Assembly (NCBI GenBank): GCA_965285935.1
Contig: OZ260664.1
Location: forward strand, 15,996,001 to 16,060,000
Source: Ophelia neglecta
Lineage: Eukaryota
Length of the DNA: 64,000 nt
Direction: 5' to 3'
Shown here: positions 12,548 through 26,125 of the stretch, one piece after another
Position numbering within the stretch: position 1 is the first letter of the stretch
How the letters are laid out: each line of letters starts with the position of its first letter
Translations under genes and position numbers: made by a program
Notes under the pieces: model-generated
The model's input: the letters and a program-made list of their open reading frames with translations, nothing else
What the model was told of the DNA's origin: nothing
Database searches by the model: none

Positions 12548-15049
12548 TATTGTTGTTTTGGTCTAAGTATCTCACAGGAGTGGGATTAGTGTTCATCCCC
12601 CCGTGGGTATGCACTCTGACCCTTGACCCCAAACTTAACATCCGCCTGCTTTAGCTGTGCAGCCCTCCCCCCCCCCCCACCCGCCCCAATTCCATATATA
12701 TCTTCCCTTCATACTAATTTACATACTAGTAGTGATTAGAACACATCATTGAATTGAATTGAAACAAAAAGATGTCGACAAAGAACGTAAAAGGGAACAA
12801 AACGCAATTTCACGATATCAACAAAAGCGAAAACAAATATTCTAAAGATAAAGAAAATACACAGAGGACCTACACACCATAGAAAATAATCATACATGTT
12901 TTCTAAATATCAAATTGAATATTCTGTGGCTTAAACAAAAACTCCATGTTTTATCCATGTCTTTTAAATGTGAATACAAAATGTCTTTTAAAAGAATACC
13001 ACAATATGTTTCCATGCTTCATATGCCCACTGACATGAATGAACTTCTATAATGTACCCTATGTTTGTGAATACAATGACTATAATAGTTAAAAATTACA
13101 AATTCTGATTTACAACATAGACAGACACTCCTTGTAAGTAGTAGGGTTTCACTCATTACATCCATTTCTATACTACTGACTAGAGTAATTCAACACACAA
13201 TCCCTTGCAGTCATTAAGTATGGATGCTAACTTCAAGTAAACATTGCTTTAACATGATCTGCCTCCTACAAAATGACCGAATATGTGCAGAAAACTAGGC
13301 CACATAAATGGCCACATCTCTGGTAAATAAGATAACACAAATATCTAGTTAGAAATGACTGAAATGACTGAAAGGAAAGATGTCCATTTAAATAAACAAA
13401 ATATATGGCATTACTCAGCATAAAAATTAGATGGCAAAGTCTACAACCGGTACCTGTGTACGAAACGTAACAGTAATGATATAAAGTGTATGTGCAAAGC
13501 CTACTTTCATAATAAATTGCCTCTCTTTTGCTCACTCATTAACAGATAATCAGGAAAGTCTTATATTGGTCATACATCAGCCAGGGGGTTGTAGTGCCCA
13601 TTGCAGAATTGTCTTTCAGACAAACATATTGGCCTGATTGTTGAATATGAGAATTAACAACATCACAAATAAAACAACAAACAATTCTGAGCACTAATTC
13701 TGTGCCTCTTAGGCCTAAAATAAAGATTTACTGTGAGCCTGGAACCTGCTTTTGTCAAAAATGTGTGATGGCAAAATTAATTAGTAAAAACAGATACCAG
13801 ACCCACTAAAATTAATCATTGAACAGAATAACAGGTGGCCCATTGCCTGTTTAATACAAAGATCAATTCCTGCTTTAAACAATCAGTCATCAATGTCAGT
13901 TGATCAGGTAGTGGCAGGGTATACAAAAACAGAATTGTCCCTTCAAGTTAACGAAGGTGCCAAACTGAGGCAAGTATGCACAGGACACACACACACACAT
14001 CTGAGAAAATGTCTGATGATAAAAAACACATGTTATTACTAAATTATCAGTTAAAGTAAGTTTGAAAAGGTGGAAATACAATTATTGCTCTGCCAGTCAC
14101 AGCTACATGTAGGTCATATTCCAGAGAGCACTACTGGATAAACATTAACTTGTTACACCAATAAGTAGTAATTGACTTAGACAATGTATTAACAATCATT
14201 AAGTTTAGCAAATATTCAATTTTTTTGTTACGATTATATTTATTCGACTTCAAACTAACCTTGTGCCTGCAAATTGCAGCCAGTTTAATTAGTAGGAAGA
14301 ATTATGGTTTTAACAAGAAGCATGAGACTTGCTTTAATTATGTAGTTTGTTCAAATTAACATTAATGGTACTGAAACCAACATGAATGGTCTGTACTTTT
14401 TTAAAGGTGTATAATTTGATATATGCATACATGTTGGACAATTTCAGATAAGAAATTAATATTAGCTATTCAATTTAAGTAAGAAATATGTGCACACGGC
14501 TACAAACAATGACAAAAACTCATCAAAAAGGATATGACACCAGTTTTAAAATCTGGTATATAAAATGATACCAGTAGTTACATCTGGTAAGACAGCAAAA
14601 TAGCCGGCATAGATGTCTGTAAGGTAATACAGTAGTATTTGGGCCCTGAAAAATAATACCTTTTACTAAACACCAAAAACAGTAGCCAAGGTTTTGATAA
14701 TACAATACACAAAGCAACTGTCCGAGGTTTGATAATACAATACACAAAGCAAAATAAACCAAAGTGAAGCATGCAAGAGATCTGGTTTTGACAGATTTTA
14801 GGTGCGCATTTGGGTAACTACTATTTGATGGCATATGTAAATCAAGTTTTGTGGTTATTCCATTAAAAGGGCATAGAGGAGTTGAAAGCACGAAGTTTCT
14901 TAACCTGCCCATCAAAATATTAGATTATGATATGCCCTATAAACACTTTAAGGCATAGTGATACATGAAACAACATCTTTCCCTGCATTTTAAATGTTAC
15001 ACCCCTCACAATATACTTTGTAATAAAACAATCTGACACATATTTATTT

Positions 15050-15255
15050 AGAGCTATTCCATTTAAACAAGGCAGGGGGGTTGGGGGGTGGGCAGTCCTG
15101 AACATCCCCCCCCCTTCCTTTCACATTCAAGTTTTTTAAACCCAACACCCCCTGTAGTACCTTGCAACAGAATTTTCCTTTATGCCCCCAATGCCCCAAC
15201 ATCAAAGTTTCTCTCCAGTCCTGACCCCTGAAGATATTTTTAAATGGAAAACCCT
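15050..15255. mobile_element. Probable MITE just downstream of the GMC stop codon (3' UTR)
   Basis: AGAGCTATTCCATTTAAA...TTTAAATGGAAAACCCT inverted termini. Similar termini recur at ~16393-16411 and ~16550. Confidence 0.55.
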
Positions 15256-15346
15256 TTACTTATACCAAATACTATCATATACATGTATAGTTCTTACGAC
15301 ATGAAAATATGGCTAGAAAAAGGACAAAGCTATTGCTCACTCATCG

Positions 15347-15721
15347 TTAAAGTGACTTGAGGGTGACGTTAGCTCGCTGAACTGTGACTTTCCCACGGAT
15401 CATGTCCGCAGCTTTTTCTGCCACCATTATTGTTGGAGCGTTGATATTGCCTGATGGAATCGTTGGAAATATGGAAGCATCAACCACTCGCAGGCCAGTT
15501 AGGCCTTTTACCCTGAAACACAACAATTGACTGCATTAGGCCAAGCTATCTTTAAGAGTTAATACGCATTAATATAGTTTTGTGGGAGGTGACACATGGC
15601 TATACAGATGCTTCATTTAAAGTGCATAAGATTAGGGATTCTGGACACAAAGGTTAACTTAAAGGAGCTGATAGGTGTGCTATGGATAACTGAGGCTATG
15701 GGTCCAGACGCGAGTGGAGCG

Positions 15722-15758
<37 letters not shown>

Positions 15759-18700
15759 AAAGGAGCTGATACTTTAATATTATTTAACAAACTGGACAAG
15801 AAAGAGAAAACATTTGACAATGGACCTGATAACTGTACATTAAGGATTAGGATATAGGATACTGTATGAGTCAATGAAGGCATTTTGTCTTTAAGATATT
15901 TAAACGCCATTGCATTGGATGCAGAAATGAAGACATTTTGTCACAAAAATAATCAGACCGCCAATTTATGGTAAGTAGTACTGAGACCTATATGTACCTG
16001 AGCTGTGGATCTACCACGGTTGTGGCCTCCCCGGCGGGTCCCATCCGACAGGTGCCGGAGTAGTGGTATCCCGTCAGGGTGTTATGCCTCACATGACACT
16101 CCCAGTACTCTGAACTCCCATACACCAGCTTGACACAGCCGGGGTGCACCCGAGCCAATGGCCGCGCTCCCAGGATGTCTTTAAACATTTTGGTGCTGGC
16201 TAGTTTTTCACCTATTCTTATACCTGGGGAAGAAATGATAATGTATACTGAATAAAAAAATAATTGACATTATCTGTTTGCCTATGAAAATAGATTTTCA
16301 TGAGGCCTTTGTGATTGAGGGGTGTGTTGTACACAGTAGACCCTTCCAAACAGGGTACCAAATAAAGACAGTTCTACACAACACCCCTGTCCTTTTAAAT
16401 GGAACAGCCCTCAAAAATTGTCTATCCAACCATCGGTCAATGCAGTAGTAACAGTTCTTTTTTGGTAAACATTTGTATAGTTTTCATCTAATCTCAATCC
16501 TCCCCATTGATAGAGATGAAAATCCTCCTTATTTCCTTAAAAATTATCTCAGGGCTATTCCATCTTTTGTCATTTTGTTCCCCCCCCCCCCTTGACCCTA
16601 AGAAGCAATAAAAATTGCATAGCGCCTCCCTCATAGTTTTTAACGCAATGGCTCTAAGGTATTTATTTAAAGGTTGCCAATATTGAATCATGATCTAGGA
16701 TGATTCTAATGGCAGAAATCCCTCAGTTTACAGCTCAGCCTTCATAACATGATAAAATACTCTCAGAGTTCCTACCTTCTACCATTATTTTTGCATCCTC
16801 CGGTTGAGAAAGATATTGTGGGTCTATGAGCGGCTGGTCAGCCGGGTTATTACTGGCTAGGGTAATGGTCCCTCGGCTTTTTGGATGCAGAAGTATCGGC
16901 AGAAACATAAGACCATCCTTACCATCCATACCTCCATGCATGTGTTCAAAAACCTGAAAAAATACTGGTTATCTGCAGTAAAATTCTTTATTTCATCTCT
17001 AATAATAATAATTGAATTTAAAGTATAATAACAAAAAAAGAACAAGTCTGCTAGCTAAAACCCAAGTCCAGTGGGATGATTAAAGGTTACCGCTTTTGAA
17101 GCTTTGAAACATAAAATCAGCTTCACCCTGAATGCTTATAAGGGACACAAAGCTGGGTGCAGTCAAGTACAAAAGGTCAGATTTAAAAAAAAAATCTTCT
17201 TGCAGTTGGTAAGTCAGCTGTTTAACGGTGCTGGCCTCTTTCCTGAGAAAGAGACATGGAGCTTGTCTAGGGACAGACAGCTGTCAGAGGAGTTAGAGCA
17301 ATGTCCATTAGATGTTAGAGTGGCTGTGTTTATGATACTACTTAGTGCCAATGATAAGAACCTGGAGTAGATTTTTGTTGGTGTTGGGCATTAAGGTTGT
17401 GTGTGCTGAGCTGGTGCTGAGTGTTGGCATGGGTCATGCTGGGGTGTTGTTGATTCTGAACAGTACAGGAGACTAACAAGTTAGACTTGAGAGACATGCA
17501 AAACAATTTAGTGATTTATCCGAAAAAGCTTAGGGCCCCTTGGTAAATTGAACCTAAACATTACAGCAGAAACTCATCACATAAAAAAAAGCAAAAAAAA
17601 AAAAAAAAAAAAAAATCCCAAACTCGGTTTGGATGCAGAAATCACAAATCAATTTGCAGCTGCATGACGTCACTTCCTTATAATATTGGCGGGTACAGGC
17701 TGTGACCTGTTTACAGGTGCCTACCTATATATAGATGCGGGAAATCCCGCGTTATTACAACAGCGCTAAATTGAAGCAAGGGATCCAATCTGCCGCAGTC
17801 GTCATCTTGTCATGTTCAAGGCTTTGAGCAGAGATCTCTGGTGGAGAGTTATATATTTTACATTCATGGAAAGTCTCCTAAATATATCGCAGAAAATTTA
17901 TTCATATCGCTCTCCAATGTTTACAAACTGATACGGCAGTACCAACGCACTGGCGATGTACAGGCTGGGAAATCTGGAGGCAGGCAGCGCAGTCGTGACC
18001 AGCACTTGACCTCTGACGTCACAAAACGCGGTAAGGTTCGAATATGGTAATATTGTGTTAATGCCAGTACGGGAAATGAAATAACCTAAAGTTGCACACC
18101 GCGAGAAATAAAGAAAAACGAAACCTATCATGTATTTCATAGACAAAGAACATACCTTCCCTACTAGTTAGCGTTACAATGTACACACTACGAGAGTACT
18201 GGGGAAGCCACTTCCAATCTCATAGGAAGTGACGTCAGCTGCAAATTGATTTGTGATTTCTGTATCCAAACCGAGTTTGGGATTTTTTATTTTTCGCTTT
18301 TCTTTATGTGACGAGTTTCTGCTGTAATATGCTTGATGTTTTATCTTTCTTCATTAACAGCATGATTCTTTGGAGATTTATTTCTTTTTGATATGTTTTA
18401 ATGTACAGTAGTCTACACTCACTGACAGGTAATTTGTCATTTTGAAGGTGCTACAAAAGTGTGAGAAAATACCCGAGAAGAAAAAATATGATTAAATCAT
18501 TTTCCTCTACATTCACTGTGCACGTGGGCCATATTCATAGAAAAATTATGTTCAAATCATGCATATTAAATATGCATAATTTTCACATACATTTAGTTTA
18601 AAATGTGACCCATGCTCTTTACAAAACTATTCAAATATGCATATTTAGGAAGGTAACTATGAAATAAATTACTACAATATAGTGCAATCTCCATGGTTGA

Positions 18701-21700
18701 TTTCAATGTGAAGTGTTGTCTTCAAATTACCCTTCACTGTTTTCTACTGTCAGAATACCATCAGCACTACAAGAAGCAGATTCCTGGGAAGGGTTAACCG
18801 CCAAGAGATGACTGTGATTCTCGGCAGGAAAGGGTTAACCGCCTAGTGATGATTATGATTAGTTTGCGTACCTCATGCCTGATGTTAAGGTTATCGGCTA
18901 GTTTGGGGATCATGCTGCCGTCCTGACCGTTTGTGGTGGCAGCGATGTGGATCTGCATGTAAGGATACTGGTCGCTGGGGGGCTGACTCGGGACTTTCAT
19001 GAAAGCAGAACCCTCGAGGGCACAGGCCGAACTCAGCCATCCTGGATGGGACCACAGCCAACATATATTACATTACTTTATACTGAAATAATCATATTGT
19101 TACTAGCTCTTACCATAAGGTTTAAGAAGTGTTTAACAACGATATATATTCTGCAGGACCCAAATATAAAGAAATTTTCATGTTTTCTATTCATAGTTTA
19201 TATGTAAATTTATATGGCTATAATAAATAAAGATATTTAATTATTATTACTATGAATCATTATAACTCATGGTCACCTGTTATTAATTAATGTATCCACA
19301 TCTTATGCCCTTTCAATTTCCTTCACTAAAGCAGTAATATTTTAATACCTAATTCTTCACATTGCATTCATGAATTTTCCAACAATTTCCTTACTATCTA
19401 TACTTTCAGAAGTTGCTCACAGTCATTTGAATTTAATTCACTGCTGTAAGTTAATTTATGACTGTGCACACTGCACACCGCAGAGGGTTAAGCCTTGTGC
19501 AAGTGGTTTTCAAATATGAGGGCTTCCCTAAGTTTCACTCATGTCGCAGTATAGTAACCTTTTTAGCAGGCACGTTAGTTCTCACCTGTCCCAAACAGCA
19601 TGTAGTCAATGTAGGCCCATGTGGTCGAGGCTCGTTTGGTGGTGATCGTGATGGGTTCCTTGATCATGTACTCCAGCCCGTCAATCAGAACATGGTCCTG
19701 GAGGTTCTCACCCACGGGCAGATCTGCCACCAGGGGGATCTGGCCAGAAAAGGAGGGATTAGCCAGTAGATAAAGAGATCTGTGGATCACCAGAGCTCCA
19801 CTGTTATCTAACAATGTTCATGTACAAGCTAATTATCTTGACCGGGGCATTCTGTAACACTGAGAGTGTCAACCACAGCAGTGACATTCAGTGAACACTT
19901 CTAGCACAATATTCGGATAAATCCTACTACTGCAATGATGTTGAAGTGTATTTAAATTTTATCACATGTACAGTACTATGTTTTCAGTGATATTTATTAA
20001 GAGTTCATACACTTAAAACAGACTCTTGCATGCCAATATCCATCAATTGTGTTTAAATGATACTTTTGAGTGGCCAAAGAGAGGTTGCATTTATGTGTTA
20101 TTTTTTTATTTAATCCTTCCTCCTAGCTTTCATATTTGGTAGACAAAAATCGTGTTATGACTTTACCTTCATCTGTTCCAGGTGTTTCTTAGGCCCGACT
20201 CCAGACAATAAGAGTAGTTTGGCTGAACCCACCGTCCCGGCTGACAGTACTACTTCCTTGTTAGCACGGACGACATAGGTGGTCCCGTTGTGGTTCACCT
20301 CCACACCGACTGCACAATTCTTCTCAAATAAAACCTAGACAGAAAGAAGGTGAAATAATTCAGCAATAATTCATTGATGGCTTCTTATGCTTTTTCAATG
20401 GTGTGGCTAGGAGTTAGTACAATAATTACTGTAATCTCTCTTCGTTACTCCAACCAGTACAGCGCTACATGTATTATTATGTTCATTGTCTCTTGTTTGT
20501 GTATTTTTCAGCTATTTCTGTCAAAAGTGGCAAGGCTGGGGATTTTAGTTTTATCGTTTTTCTTGAAGGATTTCTTTCCTTTTTTAATGCCATTAGTTGT
20601 AGATTTTGCTGCAAGCTACCTTGCCCAAAAAACTGTCAATAGATGGCGAGATGGTTATGGGGGAATCATTAACTAGTATTAGCTTTTCAAGTCTCACCTT
20701 GTTGACATGAGCAGCGATGGCCACATGTAGGTTTTTACGTCCCATGGCAGGCCTGAGGTAGGCCTTGGCTGTACTCCAACGTGTACCTCTCTTTGTGGTC
20801 GCCTGCGTGTGCATGAAACCTGGGAGAATACAAAGGACAAGTCACATATCTATCACAGGTACCCTGCTCACAAACTACTACCCTGATAGGAGTCTGAGGC
20901 CCCACCTCAGAACTCCAGCCAGAAGTCTGCCAAACTGTGTAGACACAACCCTTCATGCTGATTGGCTTGAGAACGAGAGCACTCTGACATGCATTATATT
21001 AACCAAAATTCTGCTCACCATCTTAACTTGAAAAACAACAGGTTGCTATTTTGGAGGAACTAATCAGACAATGTAAAAAATAGCTCTAACAGAATTTACG
21101 GATTAATTTTCATATTAGTTCACAAAATGGGGACAACATTTTTTTTAATATTTCCTTACTGAGCAGAAACTACAGACTATTTTCTTTAATATACAGAAAT
21201 AAAGGCTAAATTCCATTATTGTTGAATTAATGACACCACATATCTATTAAGGTTAATATTTTAAAAATTATCATTAGATATTTACTACCTTCGCTGTTCT
21301 CTCCGTTGATGTCAGTGTATTTGTATCCAAGCTCCTTGCCAGCGTTTATGAATGCCTCCGAAATAGACGTGGCCCGTACATCGCTTACCACCAGAGGGCC
21401 TTTGTCTCCATGGTAGCCTAGTAGGTCAGAATAAAGCATACGTGAAAAATAAGTGAAACAAATTACAGTGGAACCCCTTGTGAGGGACCACCATATAAGT
21501 GGTCTTATAAGAGGGGTGGTCTCTCATCAGGGGTTGAAATACATGGCCAGTATAGCAAACCGTTTTTTGCAAAAAGGGCTTTTTGGCCATTTTTGGGTGG
21601 TCTTTCATCAGGGGTTCCACTATACCACAAACTCAAGGGGGTAAACATTATTGTTGGACCATTGTGGTGGGGGAGAGGGGGGTATAGGGGGGGTGGGATG

Positions 21701-24056
21701 GGGGATCAATCAAATATTTTTCTGCCCAACTCCCCTGACTTATATGATCAAGCAAAGGACATTGTTGTACAATTCTAAAAAGTAATTACCCTTTAGCAAT
21801 ATTTCAAACAGGACAATACTAAATCTCATGAACAAAAATTTACAGCAATGATAAAAAAAGTATATCAGTAGGTACAATAGATCTAAAGGCCATACAACTA
21901 AACATTGATTCCTGAAACAAATAAAAGAAAAAAAAAAATCTATTGATGGATTAAAGGTGCTATTGACATAATAATTCCAATGCTGTTAAACCATTCAAAT
22001 TAAATGTTGCACAGAAATACAGAATAACTGAAGTGATAATTATAAGGTTTTCTTTTCATTAATGAATTATCCATTCAGCTAACAAGAGGAGCACTAACCG
22101 GACTCCAAAAACTTGGGGTTAGTGTTGGACTCCGCCTTGATGAAGTAAGGCAGGACGTTCTCGTAGCCCCAGCCATCGTTACCAAGCTTCTTCCATTGAT
22201 CATAATCGTGCCGACTACCACGAATGTACATATTACAGTTTATACTACTCCCGCCTCCCAGAACCTTCCCAGAGGTCCAGGCACTGCGCTGAAATTTGAA
22301 ACTATTCAATATTATCTAAATAACATATTCTGAACCCCAGATGAAATTACTGTTTACATTTGTGGACTTTTATATTTTTCAAGATTACCTTATTCACTAC
22401 ATTAGAAGCCAGAGATTTATCAATTCGTCGTTGCAATGGGCTCAAATTTTTTGCGCCTTTCAAAACAAGAATGTGGGAATGCCTCAAACCTGGCACAGGT
22501 GAAAAGCATTTTTAAATATAACACCTAGAAACATTGGTAACCTATTGAAATGGCATGAGCTTTAAGCTTCATTTCAATAGGACAGATCTCCCCTTGGTTG
22601 ATGGTGATAACCAGGGTAACTTCTGTACCTTTCCATTCATTCCCTGACAAGCATGTTTCTGTGGTACTGTTGTGTAGTTCCAATCAGCCGGACTGTTGAT
22701 CAATGCACTGGCGGACAACGGTATATTCATCATAGGATCGGCAGTTTCCTCTCGACCAGCTTCTAACAGTAATACTTTAATGTTGGCATCCTCAGACAGA
22801 CGGTTTGCTAGCACAGAACCAGCAGATCCGCCTCCCACTGAAATCATCAAAATTTATCTCAAATATTTGTACGATAATTTATCATAGTAAAAAAATTATT
22901 TAATAAAGATTCGACAGAATAATTCAAAATATGATGAATTTATTATCTTAATTAATTACTGCAAAATTTCCTATTAAAACATCTAGGTCAAAGAATAGGA
23001 GTTTGTAACTTGTGTTGTCTTCTCACAGCCATAATAAGAGTTAACACAGATGACTGCATTATTACAGCAATAACACCAGACTTTAAACAAACTCCAAGTT
23101 AAGTGTTATTGTGTCACGCCAGACAAAGTAATGGAAATTGCTGAAAAGAAGTAAACCCTGGATTCTGACAGAAGGAATGATTTTGCACACCTTACTGATA
23201 TTCTTTTTTTCCATATCCCTACCTTGCCCATAGACTTTTGATAAGGAAACTGGTCATATTTTTCAGAATTCAATTCATTTCATTTCAAATTTCAAAAACC
23301 TAACATTGGTGCAATGTTTGCACACATTTCACCTGTATTTCCTATAATTTTCATGTCAGATGCACCGCCCGTCTTTTTGCTAACTCTGCCACAATGAGAT
23401 GGTGGTTATACTTACGACTATTATTAACTCTTAAATCTCTACAAACAAATTTATCATTCGAATTTTGTCCAGGATGGTTTGATATTAATATAAAATCATT
23501 CTTGTTTCCACATTCACATATTCATTCCCAGCATAATTACATTAAATTAATTACTAAATACTACAAAGGTATGAAATAAGAAAAAAGGGTAATATTGTGA
23601 ATATAAACGGATTATTATCTTTCAGAAAGGTTTAGTATGATAGGAAAATGATGTAAATCTGTATCTCAGGAATTTTTAGTGACTAGGATTTTAGGAATCA
23701 CATTTTAAAATGAATTTCGACAGAAAATTTTGTCCCTTAGTAACTATAAAGGCTGGCGTGCTATGCAAAGTAGGTCTACATAATAGATAATGAGGCCATC
23801 TTGGACATACAGAAACACTTTGGGAGCAGGCAAGTTTTGCGAATTATGCAATAATCGCAGTAAATTTGTAAACATTCCCTGTTCAGGGAAACTTCTTAAA
23901 TATTGTTACTACTATTATGTAGTAGTATTGTCTGTTACCTATGATGTAGTCGTAACTGGGGTCCAGTTTTTCCTGGAAGTTGTGATGAGGGTCCCGCCAG
24001 AAATATGCAATCACCACCAGGGTGGCTCCAAACACTACTATCCTTGAGCCGAACAT
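15347..24056 (-). CDS. GMC-family FAD-dependent oxidoreductase (glucose dehydrogenase [FAD,quinone]/choline dehydrogenase-like), 609 aa
   Basis: Exons 24056-23939, 22837-22629, 22288-22099, 21417-21289, 20819-20698, 20334-20167, 19739-19586, 19041-18872, 16953-16776, 16223-15998, 15512-15347. All introns are GT-AG and phase-consistent. Motifs: YDYIIVGGGSAG (FAD GxGxxG), [48 protein letters not shown] (catalytic His), VVDAS...GNINAP (catalytic Asn). Hydrophobic N-terminus. Confidence 0.95.
17564..18324 (+). mobile_element. Internally deleted IS630/Tc1/mariner-superfamily DNA transposon in a GMC intron
   Basis: TA|CAGCAGAAACTC...GAGTTTCTGCTG|TA, with ~100-115 bp terminal inverted repeats (17564-~17678, ~18224-18324). 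It carries a frameshifted N-terminal transposase HTH from ATG 17812 ([54 protein letters not shown]). No DDE/D domain remains. Confidence 0.85.
21466..21622. mobile_element. Related MITE (CAGTGGAACCCC TIR)
   Basis: TA-CAGTGGAACCCCT...AGGGGTTCCACT(A)-TA with GGTGGTCT internal repeats. Confidence 0.75.
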
Positions 24057-24995
24057 GTTATGCCTCAACAAACCTAAAACAAAAACAATAAAATTGCAAG
24101 CATTTTAAACTTATTCCAGCAATTATTTGTTTGCAATGTTGGTCTTTGGCTGACTAGTAAACCTTTTATTGTACAACACATACACATACATTAAAGTGTA
24201 TGTGTAGCTGTCTAACATAACATTTCATAAGAGGAAAAGAACAATGAGATAAATAACTGAAACTGCTTAGTAAACATGGAGGTGGAATATTCAAATTTTA
24301 TTTCTTTAGGGTATTTTAACATTTTTCTGGTCACATCTTTATATACATATGAGCCATTGAAATAATGTATGTAATATTAATGCTAACAACCATAATAATT
24401 ATAAATATGCAAATAAAATTAATTTTACAGTTTAACCTTCAAAAATAAATATAAAAAATATATCAAAATTACACACCTAACTACTTACCGCTTACTTTTT
24501 TTTAACTCCTCTTATTGGAAGCACAATTGTTTTTGTATTTAACAAATTTTGATGTAAGATTTTGTGGCATATGACAACATTGTATGCATTAAAAGACCCT
24601 TCCCTTTATCCCTGGAAGGGAGGAGTAGGCAGGAGGAGGTAGTTGAAGGCCTACATTCATGTCCACAACTGGCTATCCTTTTCCAAAAGAATTGCTCCCA
24701 CCCCCACCCACTACACCCCCTACCCTACCCTACCCCCCCCCCCCCCACCCCACCCCCCGTTTCACCCGTGTTACAAAGGGCTACTTCTTACCTTTTCCCA
24801 GAATAACAAACATGCATCATTTAATTAGACCTCGCACTTTCCCATTTAGGGCTGAAAGGTCCCAGAATTTCGCTGTCTCTCTCGCGTTATCGTATGACCA
24901 TGCGAATTATTATTAACTACCTTGACAAACACATGCACACCGGCTGTGTAATTTTATTACCGAAGCTGCCTGTCACATGTAACAGCAGCACTTAC

Positions 24996-25240
24996 CTGAG
25001 ATTTCTGGAATTTTTCAGTAATTTCGATGCCCGCCAACAATTGCCTGTTGCACGAGGATCAGCAAAATCACCTGATTACATCAACTGATGGAGAAATTGT
25101 GCACTTTGAGCTTAAAAACACCGGCAAGTTCGTCAAGCAGTCAGAAACACCACGCGCGGATACAACTTCCGGTGGCCTGAGGACAGGCGTCGGAAAACAA
25201 TTTTGGCTATACAGGACCATCAGGAGTCGACAATCACACG
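24996..25240 (-). promoter_or_regulatory. Non-coding first exon and promoter of the GMC gene
   Basis: Consensus donor CAG|GTAAGT at 24996/24995 matches acceptor 24074/24073 just upstream of the ATG. CpG-rich patch with ETS motif ACTTCCGGT (25165-25173). The TSS cannot be determined. Confidence 0.55.
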
Positions 25241-25947
25241 ACAGGGAAGTAGTGCATAATCACAGATCGTTCTAAGTGACTGATCATTATTTTAACGGGG
25301 GGGGGGGGGGGGGGGGAGCGAGTTGTCACTGACCGGCAATTTTTAGAGAGTTGTGTAACAGCTAACTTTTAATCACACTTGTGAAAGTCACTAGCACAGT
25401 TATTAATGATACCCGGTAGTTATTAATGTCACAGCACCCCACTAGATCTAATAAATACTCTGTATATCAGCAGATTAGTGGTAAGCTGTTACAGTTATAC
25501 TAAAAATATCATTAAGATATAGGCCTATAGGCCTATATATATAAACTGATCAGATCACATATGTTGGAAATCGGTGAACCTCGCGCCAATGCACTATATA
25601 AGAACATTAATTGTTTTGCGTCATAATATATTAGACCTCTTAAGATAGGCCCCTGCCCATGTTAATAATGTAGTCACGCGACACTGCATGGTGACCAAAC
25701 ATACACGAGTTAGCTGACTATTCGACTCGTCAACTACAATAGAAGTTAGCAGACTATTCAGTTGACGATTCGAGTTGACGATTCGCAAAAACACAACAAT
25801 TCCACTAATTAGCAATACAATCTGCATTATTTGTACGGCGGGAAGACGTAGAACCAACGTCTCAGCCACCGTGAAGACTAGCATAACAACTCTAACAGTT
25901 AGGAAACGGCAAGCATTTGACGATTGTGTCCCAGGTCAATTCAAATA

Positions 25948-26125
25948 CAGTGAAACCTGTGAATTAAGACCACCAAAGCGACTGGAAAATGCTGGTCTGA
26001 TTTTGGAGGCGGTCTGTTTAGGCAGGTTAATTAACATTAAAAGTATACAGCAAGGTCATCCAATAGGTGGTCTGTATTGACAGGTGGTCTGATTATAGAG
26101 GTGGTCTTTAAGGCAGGTTTCACTG
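25948..26125. mobile_element. Tc1/pogo-type MITE, copy related to 4044-4222
   Basis: TA-CAGTGAAACCTGTGAATTAAGACCACC...GGCAGGTTTCACTG-TA. Confidence 0.85.
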
